In this document: piece after piece, positions 1-11,927 of the stretch
Numbering within the stretch: the first letter of the stretch is position 1
How the letters are laid out: every line of letters starts with the position of its first letter
From: Octopus bimaculoides
Lineage: Eukaryota
NCBI RefSeq assembly: GCF_001194135.2
Contig: NC_068983.1
Span: 157,506,764-157,570,763, forward strand
Length of the DNA: 64,000 nt
Reading direction: 5' to 3'
Translations under genes and position numbers: made by a program
Notes under the pieces: model-generated
Databases searched by the model: none
What the model saw: only the letters and a program-made list of their open reading frames with translations
Told to the model about the DNA's origin: nothing

Positions 1-321
1 TTGACATTAACACCCCCACCCCCAATAGGGGCCTTCATTCCCACATTTTAAAGCTCCATGAGCTCCATTTTGCAGGAGCAAAATCTTTTTCACAGGTTCC
101 AGAAGACTGAAATTTTGGAATATGCGCATAAAGATCAATAGTATGGGATACATGTCTCACGATTAGAATTTTTTTAGGGTGTGTAAAGAGGGAAAGAACC
201 CTCATGTGCAATTTTGATGAAATTCGAATCATATGTATTCCAGTTCCTTACAGAAAATATAACAGAAAAGTCTCATTTTTCAATTGCATGTAACACGGGC
301 AACGCCGGGTATCTCTGCTAG
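1..321 (+). mobile_element. 3' end of a non-autonomous Helitron-like element (truncated by the window start)
   Basis: Ends in a GC hairpin (CGGGCAACGCCGGG), then TATCTCTG-CTAG at 318-321, followed by T. This is the canonical Helitron 3' terminus. A homologous copy lies on the minus strand at 47005-47250. Confidence 0.75.
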
Positions 322-677
322 TATTATAATATAACTCAGTTAAGTTAAAAACGTTTTTATGGGGTAGGGGTACCTATTACTGAGAAGAAATAATATTTTA
401 CGTAAAAGTACAATGAGTATTTTTATGAAATAAAAGGAAAAAGTATTGCCATATTTTTGTAAGTTTCTGTGAGAAAAAAAACCGATTCCAAAACGAAAGA
501 CTTCTGCCCTCTCCTCCATTTTCTCCCAAATTGATTTATTTTTGTAATTTTTTTTTTTTTTTGCCAAAAATACCTATTTCCGGATACGGAGGTTCCGAGA
601 AATTGCCAAAAATCGGCATTGTGAACTTTTTCCCCTCTTTACCCCAACTTCTTCAGTTTTGACTTTTTTCCCCAACA

Positions 678-724
678 CTAACCCTAAAACCCTAACCATA
701 ACCCTAAAACCCTAAAACCGTAAC
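678..724 (+). repeat. Degenerate telomere-like array (CCCTAA/CCCTAAAA) inside a partly palindromic repeat (about 360-1090)
   Basis: CTAACCCTAAAACCCTAACCATAACCCTAAAACCCTAAAACCGTAAC is seen directly. Flanking inverted motifs AAGACTTCTGCCC (about 497-509) and GGGCAGAAGTCTT (about 1061-1073). Confidence 0.7.
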
Positions 725-1277
725 TGTAAGTACAGAAATGTTTTGAAATTTTTGTCCGAATCATGATGTCTGTATTTTTTCGCATATTTACAAAAAATAA
801 TTCTTAAAAAAAAATTTTACAAAGACTTTTGGAAATTTTTTTCAGAATCACAATCTCCGTATTTTTCCACATATTTNNNNNNNNNNNNNNNNNNNNNNNN
901 NNNNNNNNNNNNNNNNNNNNNNNNNNNNNNGAACAAAACTTTAAAATGAAGGAAATGGGGGTGGGGGTGGTAATTTAGAAATGTCGATTTTTGACAATTT
1001 TTTTGGGGGGCGAGGGTGTCCAAAAAAAATTTTTTTAAAGGGTGGTTTTTGGGGGTGGATGGGCAGAAGTCTTGCCCAACTCCCACCCCTTTATTTTCTC
1101 ATTTCCATTCTTACATCTGAAATAATAAGACCATTGCTTTTTGAAAATATAGGACATTCCTGCTTTACCATTTGGTGAGAATTTTCTTGTCTGTCATTGC
1201 CATTTCTGGATTTAACAATAAAAGTGTACTTTTACTCATATTAGCTAGAACAAGGCCATCAAGTATAAGTAAAAGCA

Positions 1278-1870
1278 TGGGTGAAAGAAAGAAAGACTGT
1301 GCTGGATTTTAAATTTGATGTTTTAGAAAAAGCGGGGAAAAACTCAGTCATATTGCAAAAGCATTAAAATTTGCAATGTCTAAAGTGGGATAATACATGA
1401 CAATAAATAAAGCCTTGTTCTCTGTTAAAAAAACAGTTCTCTGTTAACTACTCAGAACACAGTTTTTTCAGAGATCTAATATTTAATATTGAATGGTTTC
1501 TAAATGTAAGTGAAAGCAAGATATTTGTTCATAGAAAGAGGAAAGTGCAACTTTCAGCACAAACATTCTCTGGCTTGTAAATGTGGGTTTGAAAGGTTTA
1601 GAAGCTCCTTAATTTGCACAACATTAACATGTCAAATGAAGATACCAATGTTGATATAAGTTATCCTGTGGAGCTGAAGAAAAGGATTGCAAAAGAGGGC
1701 TGCATGGTAAAACAAGTGAATAACATCAATGAGACTGAGCTGTCTTGAAAGTGCATGCCTGCTAAGACTCTTATTTCTTGTGAAGATAAGCAGCAGTAAG
1801 CTGTAAAGCTTCCAGAAATTGATACTTCTTGTGGGTGAAAATATGAAGTTAAAGCCTAAAAATTGGAAGG
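1278..1870 (+). mobile_element. Degenerate pogo/Tigger (Tc1-mariner superfamily) transposase remnant
   Basis: Manual translation gives a CENP-B-like HTH start (..KTVLDFKFDVLEK..KLSHIAKALKFAMSKVG). It also gives a DDE-domain segment (ELKKRIAKEGCMVKQVNNINETELS*KCMPAKTLIS..MKLKP) resembling the pogo QIFNADETGLFWKRMP..KLKP motif. Stops and frameshifts are present. Confidence 0.65.
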
Positions 1871-1896
1871 CTTTCAGGAGACTATGTGCTTTGGCA

Positions 1897-2129
1897 GGCG
1901 GCGAGCTGGCAGAAACGTTAGCACATCGGGCGAAATGCTTAGCGGTATTTCGTCTGCCGTTATGTTCTGAGTTCAAATTCCGCCGAGGTCGACTTTGCCT
2001 TTCATCCTTTCGGGGTCGATAAATTAAGTACCAGTTACGCACAGGGGTCGATGTAATCGACTTAATCCCTTTGTCTGTCCTTGTTTGTACTCTCTGTTTA
2101 GACCCTTGTGGGCAATAAAGAAATAAGAA
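1897..2129 (+). mobile_element. tRNA-derived SINE, family A (CORE-like central domain)
   Basis: A box GGCGAGCTGG, B box GAGTTCAAATTCC, central GCCTTTCATCCTTTCGGGGTCGATAAATTAAGTACCAG and tail AATAAAGAAATAAGAA. Further copies at about 25060-25190, 28385-28561, 47955-48165, 52642-53245 and 63903-64000. Confidence 0.85.
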
Positions 2130-2139
2130 TGTCTGAAGA

Positions 2140-2450
2140 GTTGTCGATACTGTGTATCTCCTTACTAGTCACTGCAACAGAAAAACAGTTGTATATGAAG
2201 TAGGGGTAATGTCAAAGGACACCAAAGAGCAGTCAAATGTAAAGAAGAATATAGGCATGATGAGAGTTGCTTTCAGGACCAGATTCAGCAACCATAAATC
2301 CTCCTTTAATATTCAGGGGAGACACAATATCATATCTCTGGCTAAGTATATATGGTTGTTGAAAGAAAGCACCATGGATTACAACATAAAATGGAATGTC
2401 TTGGAGAAGTGCAAGCCTTATTTTAATACAGAAAATGGTTATGGCTTGCC
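2140..2450 (+). mobile_element. Penelope-like element GIY-YIG endonuclease remnant
   Basis: ORF 2152..2622 contains NIGMMRVAFRTRFSNHKSSF..SLAKYIWLLKE..DYNIKWNVLEKCKPY, matching the PLE GIY-YIG pattern YIGxTxxxFKxRxxNHKxSF..LSKYIWxLK..WxIL. Confidence 0.75.
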
Positions 2451-3164
2451 AAGAATAAGAATTTTATTAAAAATTTTCTTAATCTGCACAGCTATCAAAA
2501 CTGCAGAAACATTTTCAGCCTGTGCCCACATGAGAGAAAGTATGTTGGCTTATCTACAGGCCCCCACTATAATTATAAAATCTAAGATCTCCACCATCGG
2601 TCCTCCTAACATCACATCCTAAGAACTCAATAAAGGTTTGGCCAAACTACACACACATGGACACACATATGCATATGCACCCAAACATGGAGTTAAGGTT
2701 TGGGCACCTGTCCAATTCCCTCTCCAACACCCTCTTACACATATATCAGCCCTGGAGCCATACCAAACCCTTAACTCACCACCATCTCATGTTTTACACA
2801 CTAAGTCACTTGTCACACCACAACTCAAGTATTTTGGGGCTAAGGGAGTTAACTCTTGATAAATTCCTTGCAACATTATTTTGTTTTTTTTAATAGCAGC
2901 CACAAGCCAGATGTCGCTCATCTCCAGTAACAAAGAAGGGTCACAATGGTTTTCCCATAGCTACCATTTCTGAAGAGCACCTGTATTAGATAAGCATCCA
3001 ATTATCTAATATCTGGTGCAAAACCAATTGGTTAGATCAGCTGAAATGGATCTATAATACTGTATACTTCAATTAATATACCTACTTTATTGACTATTAT
3101 ACGAGTGGTTATTTTTCTTCATTTATGGATTCTTAGACAACTATGTGTATGTATATGTGTTATA

Positions 3165-3188
3165 TCTATCTGTCTATCTATCTATCTA

Positions 3189-3252
<64 letters not shown>

Positions 3253-3275
3253 CCTATCTATTTATCTATCTATCT
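3165..3275. repeat. Compound (TCTA)n/(TCTG)n microsatellite
   Basis: Seen directly. It explains ORFs 3090..3284 and 3143..3346. Confidence 0.95.
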
Positions 3276-3463
3276 ATTTATTAATATTTAGCAGAAGTAA
3301 CAGAGTAACTCAAAGTCCAAAAGGTTTGTGTGTTGGCACTTTTTGATAAGTGCCAACACGTGAAACTCTTGAACCTTGAGTCACTCTGTTCCTTCTAAAT
3401 ATAAATAAAAATATACATATAATCATATTTTGAGTTCTATTTTTCCTGTTTGTATCAACATAC

Positions 3464-3505
<42 letters not shown>

Positions 3506-4149
3506 TTTAATGTCTGCTTTCCATGCTGGCATGGGTTAGATAGCTTGACTGGAACTGGTAAGCCAGAGAGCTGCACCAGGTTCCAGTCTGTGTCATCATC
3601 ATTGTTGTCATCGTTTAACATCTGCATTCCATACTGGAATGGGTTGGATGATTCTGGCAAGCCCCAATCTGAGCTACAGCTGGATGCCCTTCCTAACGTC
3701 AACCACTCAGAGAGTGTAGTAGGTGCTTTTTATATATATAATCCAAGAGAGTTAGGGGTTGAGGATCCAACCCACTAAGGGATAATATCTATCCAATATA
3801 CAGCTGGGAAGGTACCCAATTATTGTTACACTAGTGTTATACCAAGTGCAATAAGTGGGTGTGGGTAAAAGGGTTTTTTTAACCCTAAATTTATATAGCA
3901 ATAAGAAAATATGAGGTACTCATCAACTTGCAGACACTGTATTTCGTTGATTAATCTGTTTATTTTATAACTAAATTGACAAAAAATACAATATACAGAC
4001 ACTTATGACATACCATGTCATAACAACAATTAAGATTTCAAATTCAAAGGACATTTAGCAATTGGAGAAGGCCCTTCTCCAATTGCTAAACTTTTCCACC
4101 ACCCTCGCTTCTCTGTTTACCTTTTCTTTTTCATGGAAGAGTTTGATTT

Positions 4150-4568
4150 TATTCTCAGTCTCTAAGAGAGGTAAGGCTTTTTGCTGTCATTAGGCTCCTT
4201 ACGTAAGCGATTCGAGATCTTTATCCTCCATCTCATTAAGGATTCTTCTATCTCGGGGAATAATGTTCTTGTGTGTGGTGGATTTCTTCTCTGGTACAAA
4301 CATAATGCATATGGTTTGCATTATAGACATGAATTCATTGAATTTCATGTCAGTGTCTTGCATGGACAGACTTTTCAGCCAGTTTTGCTGGAGTATCTCT
4401 TTGTTGATGGACATCCAGTTAGCTTTGTAGAAGTTCAGATTGGATCGCACTTGGGATGCAGCAGTGTTGCATGATTCTTTACTTAGCTTTGGACCGAGTG
4501 GGTAGACAGTGATATGTTTATGTTGTGGATAAGGTCTATATTGTTTGTGAAGCAGAGGTCCAGGATGT
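4150..4568 (-). mobile_element. CR1/L2-type LINE ORF2 fragment (end of the APE endonuclease plus linker)
   Basis: Minus-strand translation TLTRNNNILDLCFTNNIDLIHNINIS (APE C-terminal LDLxFTN motif), followed by LNFYKANWMSINKEILQQNW..FVP (ORF 4199..4450). Confidence 0.75.
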
Positions 4569-4569
4569 T

Positions 4570-5400
4570 GTTATTTCTGGTTAGTGTATCATCATCATTA
4601 TCATCATCGTTTAACGTCTGCTTTCCATGCTAGCATGGGTTGGACGATTTGACTGAGGACTGGCAAGGCAGAAGGCTGCGCCAGGTTCCAATCTGATCTG
4701 GCAGAGTTTCTACAGCTGGATGCCCTTCCTAATGCCAACCACTCCGAGAGTGTAGTGGGTGCTTTTATGTGCCACCGGCACGAGGGCCAGTCACACAGTA
4801 CTGGCAACGGCNNNNNNNNNNGCCCTTCCTAATGCCAACCACTCCGAGAGTGTAGTGGGTGCTTTTATGTGCCACCAGCACGAGGGCCAGTCACACAGTA
4901 CTGGCAACGGCCTCGCTCAAACAGGTGTTTTTTATGTGCCACCTGCACGGGAGCCAGTCCAGCGGCACTGGCAATGACCTCGCTCGAATGATTTTCTAAC
5001 GTGCCACCAGCACAAGTGCTAGAAGGCGATGCTGGTAACGATTACACTCAAATGGTGCTATTTACGGGTCACTAGCACGGAGGCCAGACAGCTGCTCTGG
5101 CAATGAACACGCTCGGACAGTGCAGTTAGTGCTCCACTGGCGCAGGTGCCAGTCATCGAGTATAGTTCAATTTCGATTTCGATTTCACTTGCCCCAACAG
5201 GTCTTCGCAAGCAGAGCTTAGTGTCCAATGAAGGAGGTGGCACGTAAAAAGCACGAACTACACTCTCAGAGTTGTTGGCGTTGGGAAGGCCATCCAGCAG
5301 TAGAAACATTGCCAGATCAGTTTGGATCCTGGTGAAGCCTCTTGGCTTGCCAGTCCCCAGTCAAACCATCCATATCATGCCAACCTGGAAAACAGACACT
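4570..5400. mobile_element. Cluster of family B SINE/LINE-tail repeats with (GAT)n tails, in both orientations
   Basis: Motif GAGTGGTTGGCRTTAGGAAGGGCATCCAGCTGTAGAAAC..CCATGCTAGCATGGAAAGCRGACGTTAAACGATGATG appears as minus copies at 4570-4990 and a plus copy at about 5265-5415. There is a small N gap at 4812-4821. Confidence 0.75.
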
Positions 5401-5723
5401 AAACGATGTTGATGATATATATTAGTATATATAGATTAGTATATGTATATATATGCATATTTGTATATCTAAGATTAGTCTGAACTAAGACCAGTCATTC
5501 TGCTAGAGGATCAGCAGAAGGAAGAACCATTTCCTTTAAACACATTCGTAACTTATGAACCATTTCCCCTAAGCATATTCTTAAATGACAGCTTTTTAAC
5601 ATTTTAAAAGTCTATTTGATTTCTCATGTGATGGAAACCAAATTTTATTATTTTTTATTGCTATTTTCTTATGTTTCTAGTTTATTTCATGGTCTTGAGT
5701 GAAATTTTTGCTGTCATAGGCCC

Positions 5724-6120
5724 AGGCATGTCTGTGTGGTAAGAAGCTTGCTTCCTAATCACATGGTTCCAGTTTCAGTCTCACTACATGGTACCTTTGG
5801 CAATTGTATTCTACCATAGCCTCAGGCCAACCAATCTTTGTGAGTGGATTTGGAAGATGGAAACTGAAAGAAGCTTGTTGTATATATATGTATGTATGTA
5901 TTTAAGTGTGTGTACCTTTGTGTTTGTCCCCATCACCATCACTTGACAACTGATGTCGGTGTGTTTATGTCCCCGTCACTTAGCGGTTCAGCAAAAGAGA
6001 CCAACAGAATAAGCACTTGGCTTACAAAAAATAAATCCTGGGATTGATTTGCTTGACTAAAACCCTTTAAGGTGGTGCTCAAGCATGGCCACAGTCAAAT
6101 AACTGAAACATGTAAAAGAA
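5724..6120 (+). mobile_element. tRNA-derived SINE, family C (head, AAACTGAAAGAAGC, microsatellite linker, 3' module ending CAGTCAAATRACTGAAAC)
   Basis: The same two-module architecture recurs at 10915-11280, about 26170-26425, 27197-27570, 27640-28185 (minus), 43415-43670 and 58215-58360. Confidence 0.75.
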
Positions 6121-6429
6121 TAATTGTATCGAACCACTCTTCAGTGTTTTAAAATGTTTCTCAATCTCCTGTGATGCATTGATGACTGTGGACATCTTAA
6201 CATCTGGAACCGTGACATCATAACATCCTCTCTAACACTGACTGATCTCATGAAGTTTCATCTTTTTCTTGTCACAATTCAAAACTTCAAATATATTTAG
6301 CTTTTATGCATTACAAATGCAATGAATGAGAATGCAATTATGCATATTGTAGCTAATAAAATATTTTGTGCAATATGAGAAAAATTAGGACACATTTATT
6401 CAACTTGCTTCTTGATAACTGAAATTTTA

Positions 6430-7115
6430 TAATGAATCAAGGACCATTGCCCCAGTTCAAGTTGTTATAATGTATTCTTGTCACATGCTGGTATTAGTAT
6501 AAACAAACATAGAAATGCTTCATGAATTTCTAGTGCAACCCAATCACCTCATGAAATCTGCATAGAATATCTAATCAACAAGAAGGAGATGCCTGCCTAT
6601 CATATGTCACAAAGTAAGTTTAAGTTGTTTTTTTTTCATTTTATGAGGAGGGGTTATATCGTGTTAAAGATTGCTGAGTGAAATTATCATAGATTTTTTT
6701 TTTTTTTCAGATGAAGAATGCCATGGAAAAAATAGTAAGGAAAAGAAACTAGTTAGGTGGGATAGAAAGATAAAAGAAGTTTCAAATTGAGGAAAAGAAT
6801 TATCGGAAACCAGAGATTGCATGTCAACTGAAAATTCTTAGTTGAGAAATCTTAAGATTTCATGCCCTTCTTGAGGACATTCACAATGGTGAAAGGAATT
6901 GGTGTACCAGGGATGGTACATCAAGGCATGCTACTTACCTTCATGGAGAAGGAGATGGTGTCCAGGTTTATAGAACTGCACTGGAAGTGGAATCCTTTAA
7001 GGACTTGCTAGCACCTTCATTTGGCCTAGGAGCTAGTGATAATACCTTGACTGCTGCAGCTTCACAACCAGTTGAAGTAGGGCCTTCAGAAGATATGTCC
7101 ATTCCAGAAGACTAA
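6430..7115 (+). pseudogene. Decayed coding remnant with a GT-AG intron (6614-6710), possibly a piggyBac-like transposase C-terminus
   Basis: Strong donor AAA|GTAAGT at 6614 and polyT-CAG acceptor at 6710. The downstream segment CTRDGTSRHATYLHGEG..QVYRTAL weakly resembles the piggyBac C-terminal cysteine-rich domain with a deletion. Multiple stops. Confidence 0.35.
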
Positions 7116-7549
7116 GAAGGACTATGTGTGATCAGTGACATATGTATGAAGTACTTAACAGATCATCTGTCTTGTGAAACATGTATAACATCAAATCTTG
7201 TACATCATCTTCTTGAGTTAGGTACTTGTTCGCTTGGGGTTTAAAGATAATATTGTGTTTTGCAAAAGATGAAGTTGGACATCAGTTTAGTGCAGTTGTG
7301 TGCAAGAAACAAGCTAAAAGTAGGTGTGAAATAAAGAGGCACTTGTGTGTTAATTTACAAAGAGCAAACATCAGATGAATATAACGATCCAAAACTGATT
7401 GCAAAAGGTTTGTTAAGGACACAGAAACTTTTGAAAGATATGAAAAATTAAAATGAAAAATGAAAAAAGAAAAAAAGAAAGAAAAATGAAACAGAGAAAG
7501 ATCTTTCCTTTACTAACTTTCCTTTGTTCAACATCAGAACTGTTTTTTG

Positions 7550-7860
7550 TAACATTAGAAATGAAAAAGCTAGAGAAACATATTACTATGGAAGTGGTTT
7601 TCTATTTGAGAAAACATGACGATCTCAAATATCCAGATTTAGTTAACCCAGATACAAATGAATGCAATTTTTTTTCAACTTTAAGTGTCTGCTCCATTAC
7701 TGGAGCAGCATTTATTACCAAGAGATCAAAATGCAACAACATATTTCAAACCTGACATACAAAGTGATCTAATTCTGTTTCTTATCAGCCCAGGTTCAAT
7801 CACAGATAATAACAGAAATTAAGGTGGCTGAGCACTTTTAATAATCGCTGATAGTAATAT
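7550..7860 (+). mobile_element. hAT transposase remnant (ZMYM1-like/DUF4371 region)
   Basis: Across frameshifts: MEVVFYLRKHD..NECNFF..LLEQHLLPRDQNATTYFKPDIQSDLI..AQVQSQIITEIKVAEHF..IIADS. This resembles the hAT NATYxSPxIQNELI..EIKxAxYFSIIADE motif. Confidence 0.55.
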
Positions 7861-8784
7861 TGTTATTAGTCCAACTATTCAGTTTTATTTAGCATTGTTC
7901 ACCAATCACAATTAAGCACTATCACTTAATTGTGATTGGTACGTATGGCTGATGTAGGATCAAGAAAGATTACAATTGATAGCTAACACTTTGAAGACAT
8001 CAGCTATACAGATGAAGTCCTTCCAGCTCTTGCCAATAGAAAAAAACAAAAAAACATTAAAATGAAACTCAAAGTTTTATTAATTAAGTTGTGGGCAATG
8101 GGACCAGATTTGAATAGATTTGAACATAAAATCTAATCATGACACATTAGTTACTTCATTTATATATATAAATTCAAAAGTATTGACCAAATACACCACG
8201 TGTACTTTTGAATTTATGCATAACTGGAAGGGAAAATCCTTATTCACTTTAGTAAGTATGTGTGAGTGTCCATACACACTGTTAATGCAGAGGTATGCTA
8301 TCCCCAACTCTACCTTGGTACCTTTGTTATCAAAGTACCTTGATTTTACTGGATCCTGAAAAGTTTATAATATATATATTAAATATATACAGTGAAATTT
8401 AACTTGTGACAGAGTAAGACCAGTTGCTAAGCTCAGTAAGTCCATGTAAATGTTGCAAGGGTTCAGAAAGTCCCTGTACATGAATTAGTTTTGAGTGAGT
8501 CAAGTGTTACACACCACTGAACCCACTTTTCAGTGCAATCAGCTATAACACCAGTGGTGCAACAGAGGTTGAGATAACCAGAAACAAACTGAGCTTTAGG
8601 TTTGTTTACCTTCTTCTCGAAAGACGTTCAAAGAAGAACTAGGGGCCCTTCGTTCTCAGTGGTTCACATGCTAGTTAACCCATAGCTTGGATCCTGATCC
8701 ATGTCGGAGTAGACCTGGGAATAATAATGGCTAAAAGGTGGTTACACACTCCTCAAAACTCTGGAACTCATGAACGAGAGCCCC

Positions 8785-9113
8785 AGGTTTTGCTTTCATA
8801 TCTGGAATTTCTTCTCTAACTTTACTATAAATTCAGTAAAAAGAACTAGATAATCAGCAAGTAGGATTTCTCAAGAATCGTCAGCCTCAAGTTCCTCTAT
8901 GAGGGCCTGTAAATTTATGATAAATTGAGAGGGTTGAGGACTGTGCCTTGATAAACTTCTACCTTCATGCTAAAGTCATTATGACCATCACTTTACTGAC
9001 ATCACCTTTGTATATAGTTTGTACAGCTTTCAAAAGCCATTCACATACTGACATGCTGACAAATACTTAGTGGTTTACTCTTAATCAAAAATTTCTCTTG
9101 CAGTTACCTCATG
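8785..9113 (-). repeat. 329-bp near-identical copy of the decayed RTE reverse-transcriptase fragment at 23173-23502
   Basis: The two copies match base for base except one 1-nt indel (TAT/TATT before GAGGGCC). The minus-strand translation resembles RT (VCEWLLKAVQTIYKGDVSKV..VYQGTVLNPL..). Confidence 0.9.
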
Positions 9114-9375
9114 GCATGGTTTCTAAAGACGGATGCCCTTCCTAATGCCAACCACTTTACAGAGTGTACTGGGTGCATTTTACATGGCACAAACACCACC
9201 AAGGTCACCAAGTACTTTGCAAGATAAGACCCCACAACCGGGGGGGTAAGTAGCATTGAGGGAGGTGGCTTTGTACCAGGTGATGAAAGGTTAGAGTGTG
9301 AGTAGAGGGACAGAAATAGATGTCTTGCATTAAAAGAGATACATGGTTATGTTAGCTGGAAAAAGAGAAAGGACA

Positions 9376-9421
<46 letters not shown>

Positions 9422-10914
9422 AGATGTGTCAGGGGGCATAGATTCAAGTTACAGGGTAGTGTATATGACTGAAGTGAAACAGAGGATTAGATAGGTGGGT
9501 GGGCAGGTATCCAATCCTCTGTATGAAAGTGCAAAAGGAATGTAGTAGATAGGGGGAAGGAATATAGTATGAAAAGTGGAAATCTGTTTGTAGAAAATTT
9601 GCCTCAGTAAATTCCATCTGACCCATGTGAACATAGAAAAGTGAACATCTAAAACAATGATAATGTTGATGATGATGATAAGTTACAGAAAACAGTAATG
9701 AAATGGAATGATTTATACAATTCAATGAGTTACCATGGAGCAAAGGCTTAAAACTTTTTCCAATATTCTTCCAGCAATCAAAAACTGAGGGTTGTCAGTA
9801 ACGATATGAATAAATTAGAATTTCTAATAGACCCATACTCTGACACCAACCATAGAAACCAAAATCATACGAGAGTTTCAAAATATTAAAATTCTTGGCC
9901 TAGAGGATTAAGAATTTCCAGAGGGCATTTGCATAGGGAAGGGAACTGGCTACTTGGTACATCTTTGTTTTTACTCCAGAAACTTCTTGCCAATGTCTTT
10001 CTTATTGGCATTAATCACACTGACTGCTTCAATCTAGAAGGACCTGCTGTGCAGTTATGGGTGTTGCCTATCTTTCTTATACTATATAATACAAAGATCT
10101 TAAAATTGTATTGAAGGCTATAGGCAGCACAGCACAAATCTTTTCCAGTTTTCTAAATTGTTGAAGTAACATGAAAGTCTTATCTTGACACAATCAACTA
10201 ACATTTACTATGCTTTCTGACTTTCTTTTGAATATGATTCTTTTCTCTAATTTATCTTAATGAGATACTACACATTAAAATATTGCACACACTACCAGCG
10301 CTCAAGTTAGAATCTTTGGATTTGCTCATGTTTCATTCCTGACAATTTGCTTTTCAGGCCTTTAATTTTATGGTATAAAAACAGTGGGCTTTTCTTTGTA
10401 AATACCAGACTCAAAATACAAAGAAGTCATGCAAGTAAGAGAGGTTATGCACTTTAACTGATCTGTCAAACACTGTTCTAACTATAAATGAAACTCAGTA
10501 TAGCTTTTAACTTCGTTCTTACAGTAGTTATTTAAAATAACCCCTAAAATCTCATATACATCCTTGGACAAGATCATCTTGATGCCACTACACAGTGTAT
10601 AACAGAATCTAACACTGCCAACCTACAATCAATATCTGATGCAAATGCAGTCCAAATCTTATAACACAAATACAAACGTGTATCACATCACTATCAACAT
10701 TCTCCATGGTCAAGTATCAAAATTGTAAAATAAGGAAAGTATTAATTTATTTTCAAGTAGGATATCAAATCAACAATGAATCCTATGAATCCTCAGTGGT
10801 GACCTCAATTTCTCTGTCCTGGATGTTATTACAAACAACGCTCTCTGCATAAGCTGCATATACACAGCATCTAATGATCATTTATGGAAAAGAAGAAAAA
10901 AAAAATCAAAGTAC

Positions 10915-11280
10915 ATAGGTCCAAACATGGCTGTGTAGTAAGAAGCGTACTTTCCAACCACATGGTTCTGGGTTCAGTTCCAGTGATTTTTTCTGTAGTC
11001 TCAGGCCCAACCAAAGCCTTGTGAGTGGATTTGATAGACAGAAACTGAAAGAAGCCTGTCATATATATGTATATATATATATCTGTGTGTGTGTGTGTGT
11101 GTGTGTGTCTGTGTTTGTCCCCCTATCACTGTTTGACAAACAGTGTGGGTGTGTTTCAATCCCCGTAACTTAACAGTTTGGCAAAAAAAGTGCTAAGGTC
11201 GACATATTCAACTATAAATTCGTCAAGGTGGTGCCCTGGCATGGCCACAGCCTAATGACTGAAGCAAGTAAAAGATAGAC
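10915..11280 (+). mobile_element. SINE family C copy
   Basis: CATGGCTGTGTAGTAAGAAGC..GGTTCAGTTCC..GAAACTGAAAGAAGCC, then (TA)n(GT)n, then GTTTGTCCCC..CTAATGACTGAAGC. Confidence 0.8.
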
Positions 11281-11927
11281 TTAAAAAACACATAGAAAAG
11301 CAAGATAAAACAGATGTTCCCAAAGACAATATATCCAATTTCCTAGAAAATCCTAGACAGAGCAAACCAATATCCTCTCTTAGATAACTCATGTTCCAAA
11401 CAAAATCAAAAGATATAGGCAAAATGGATTTTTGTTCTTTGCACACAAGTAGACTTTTGTAATGTAGTGAAGGTAGCCCCTTAGCATATTTGCAGTTTGT
11501 AATTGCCGACAAACATTGGCTATATTTGTACCAAAACTCTGTTGAAGAAAGAATGGATTAAGTAATTTTAAAAGTTCTTAAAGTTCTTTACAAACCCTAT
11601 CTATGAGACAGCTATTTATTATTACCGACTTATAACGGTATCAGTAGTTTCCTTCTATCAGTGTTACCGGATATTGTCAAAATCCTTATCAGCAGTATAA
11701 TATAGATTAGATAAAAAGGAAAACAAATTTTTTAAAAAAGAGAATTAAGAGAAATTTGTTTTCACAGTTACATTGCTGGAGTTATCTTCGTGGGAGGTTT
11801 TATTGTAGGTTGAGAAGGAACTGTATTAATGGTGGTTTGTCATAGGCTGTGTTCAGCAAGACCGTTTTGTGTAGGGAATTTATGAGAAGGTTAATAATTG
11901 AAGATTGTTTTTTGTGTGGAGGAATAA

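Noticed and set aside
1897-1985. tRNA-like A and B boxes
   Set aside because: They are heads of multi-copy SINEs with no cloverleaf or anticodon arm, so they are not called as tRNA genes.
1632-2042. ORFs such as MRNWYLIYRPRKDERQSRPRRNLNSE (also 52759..52956) and ..LQLDALPNANHSESVVGAF.. (4759, 58455, 62893)
   Set aside because: They are recurring chance frames of SINE consensus sequences, not protein-coding genes.
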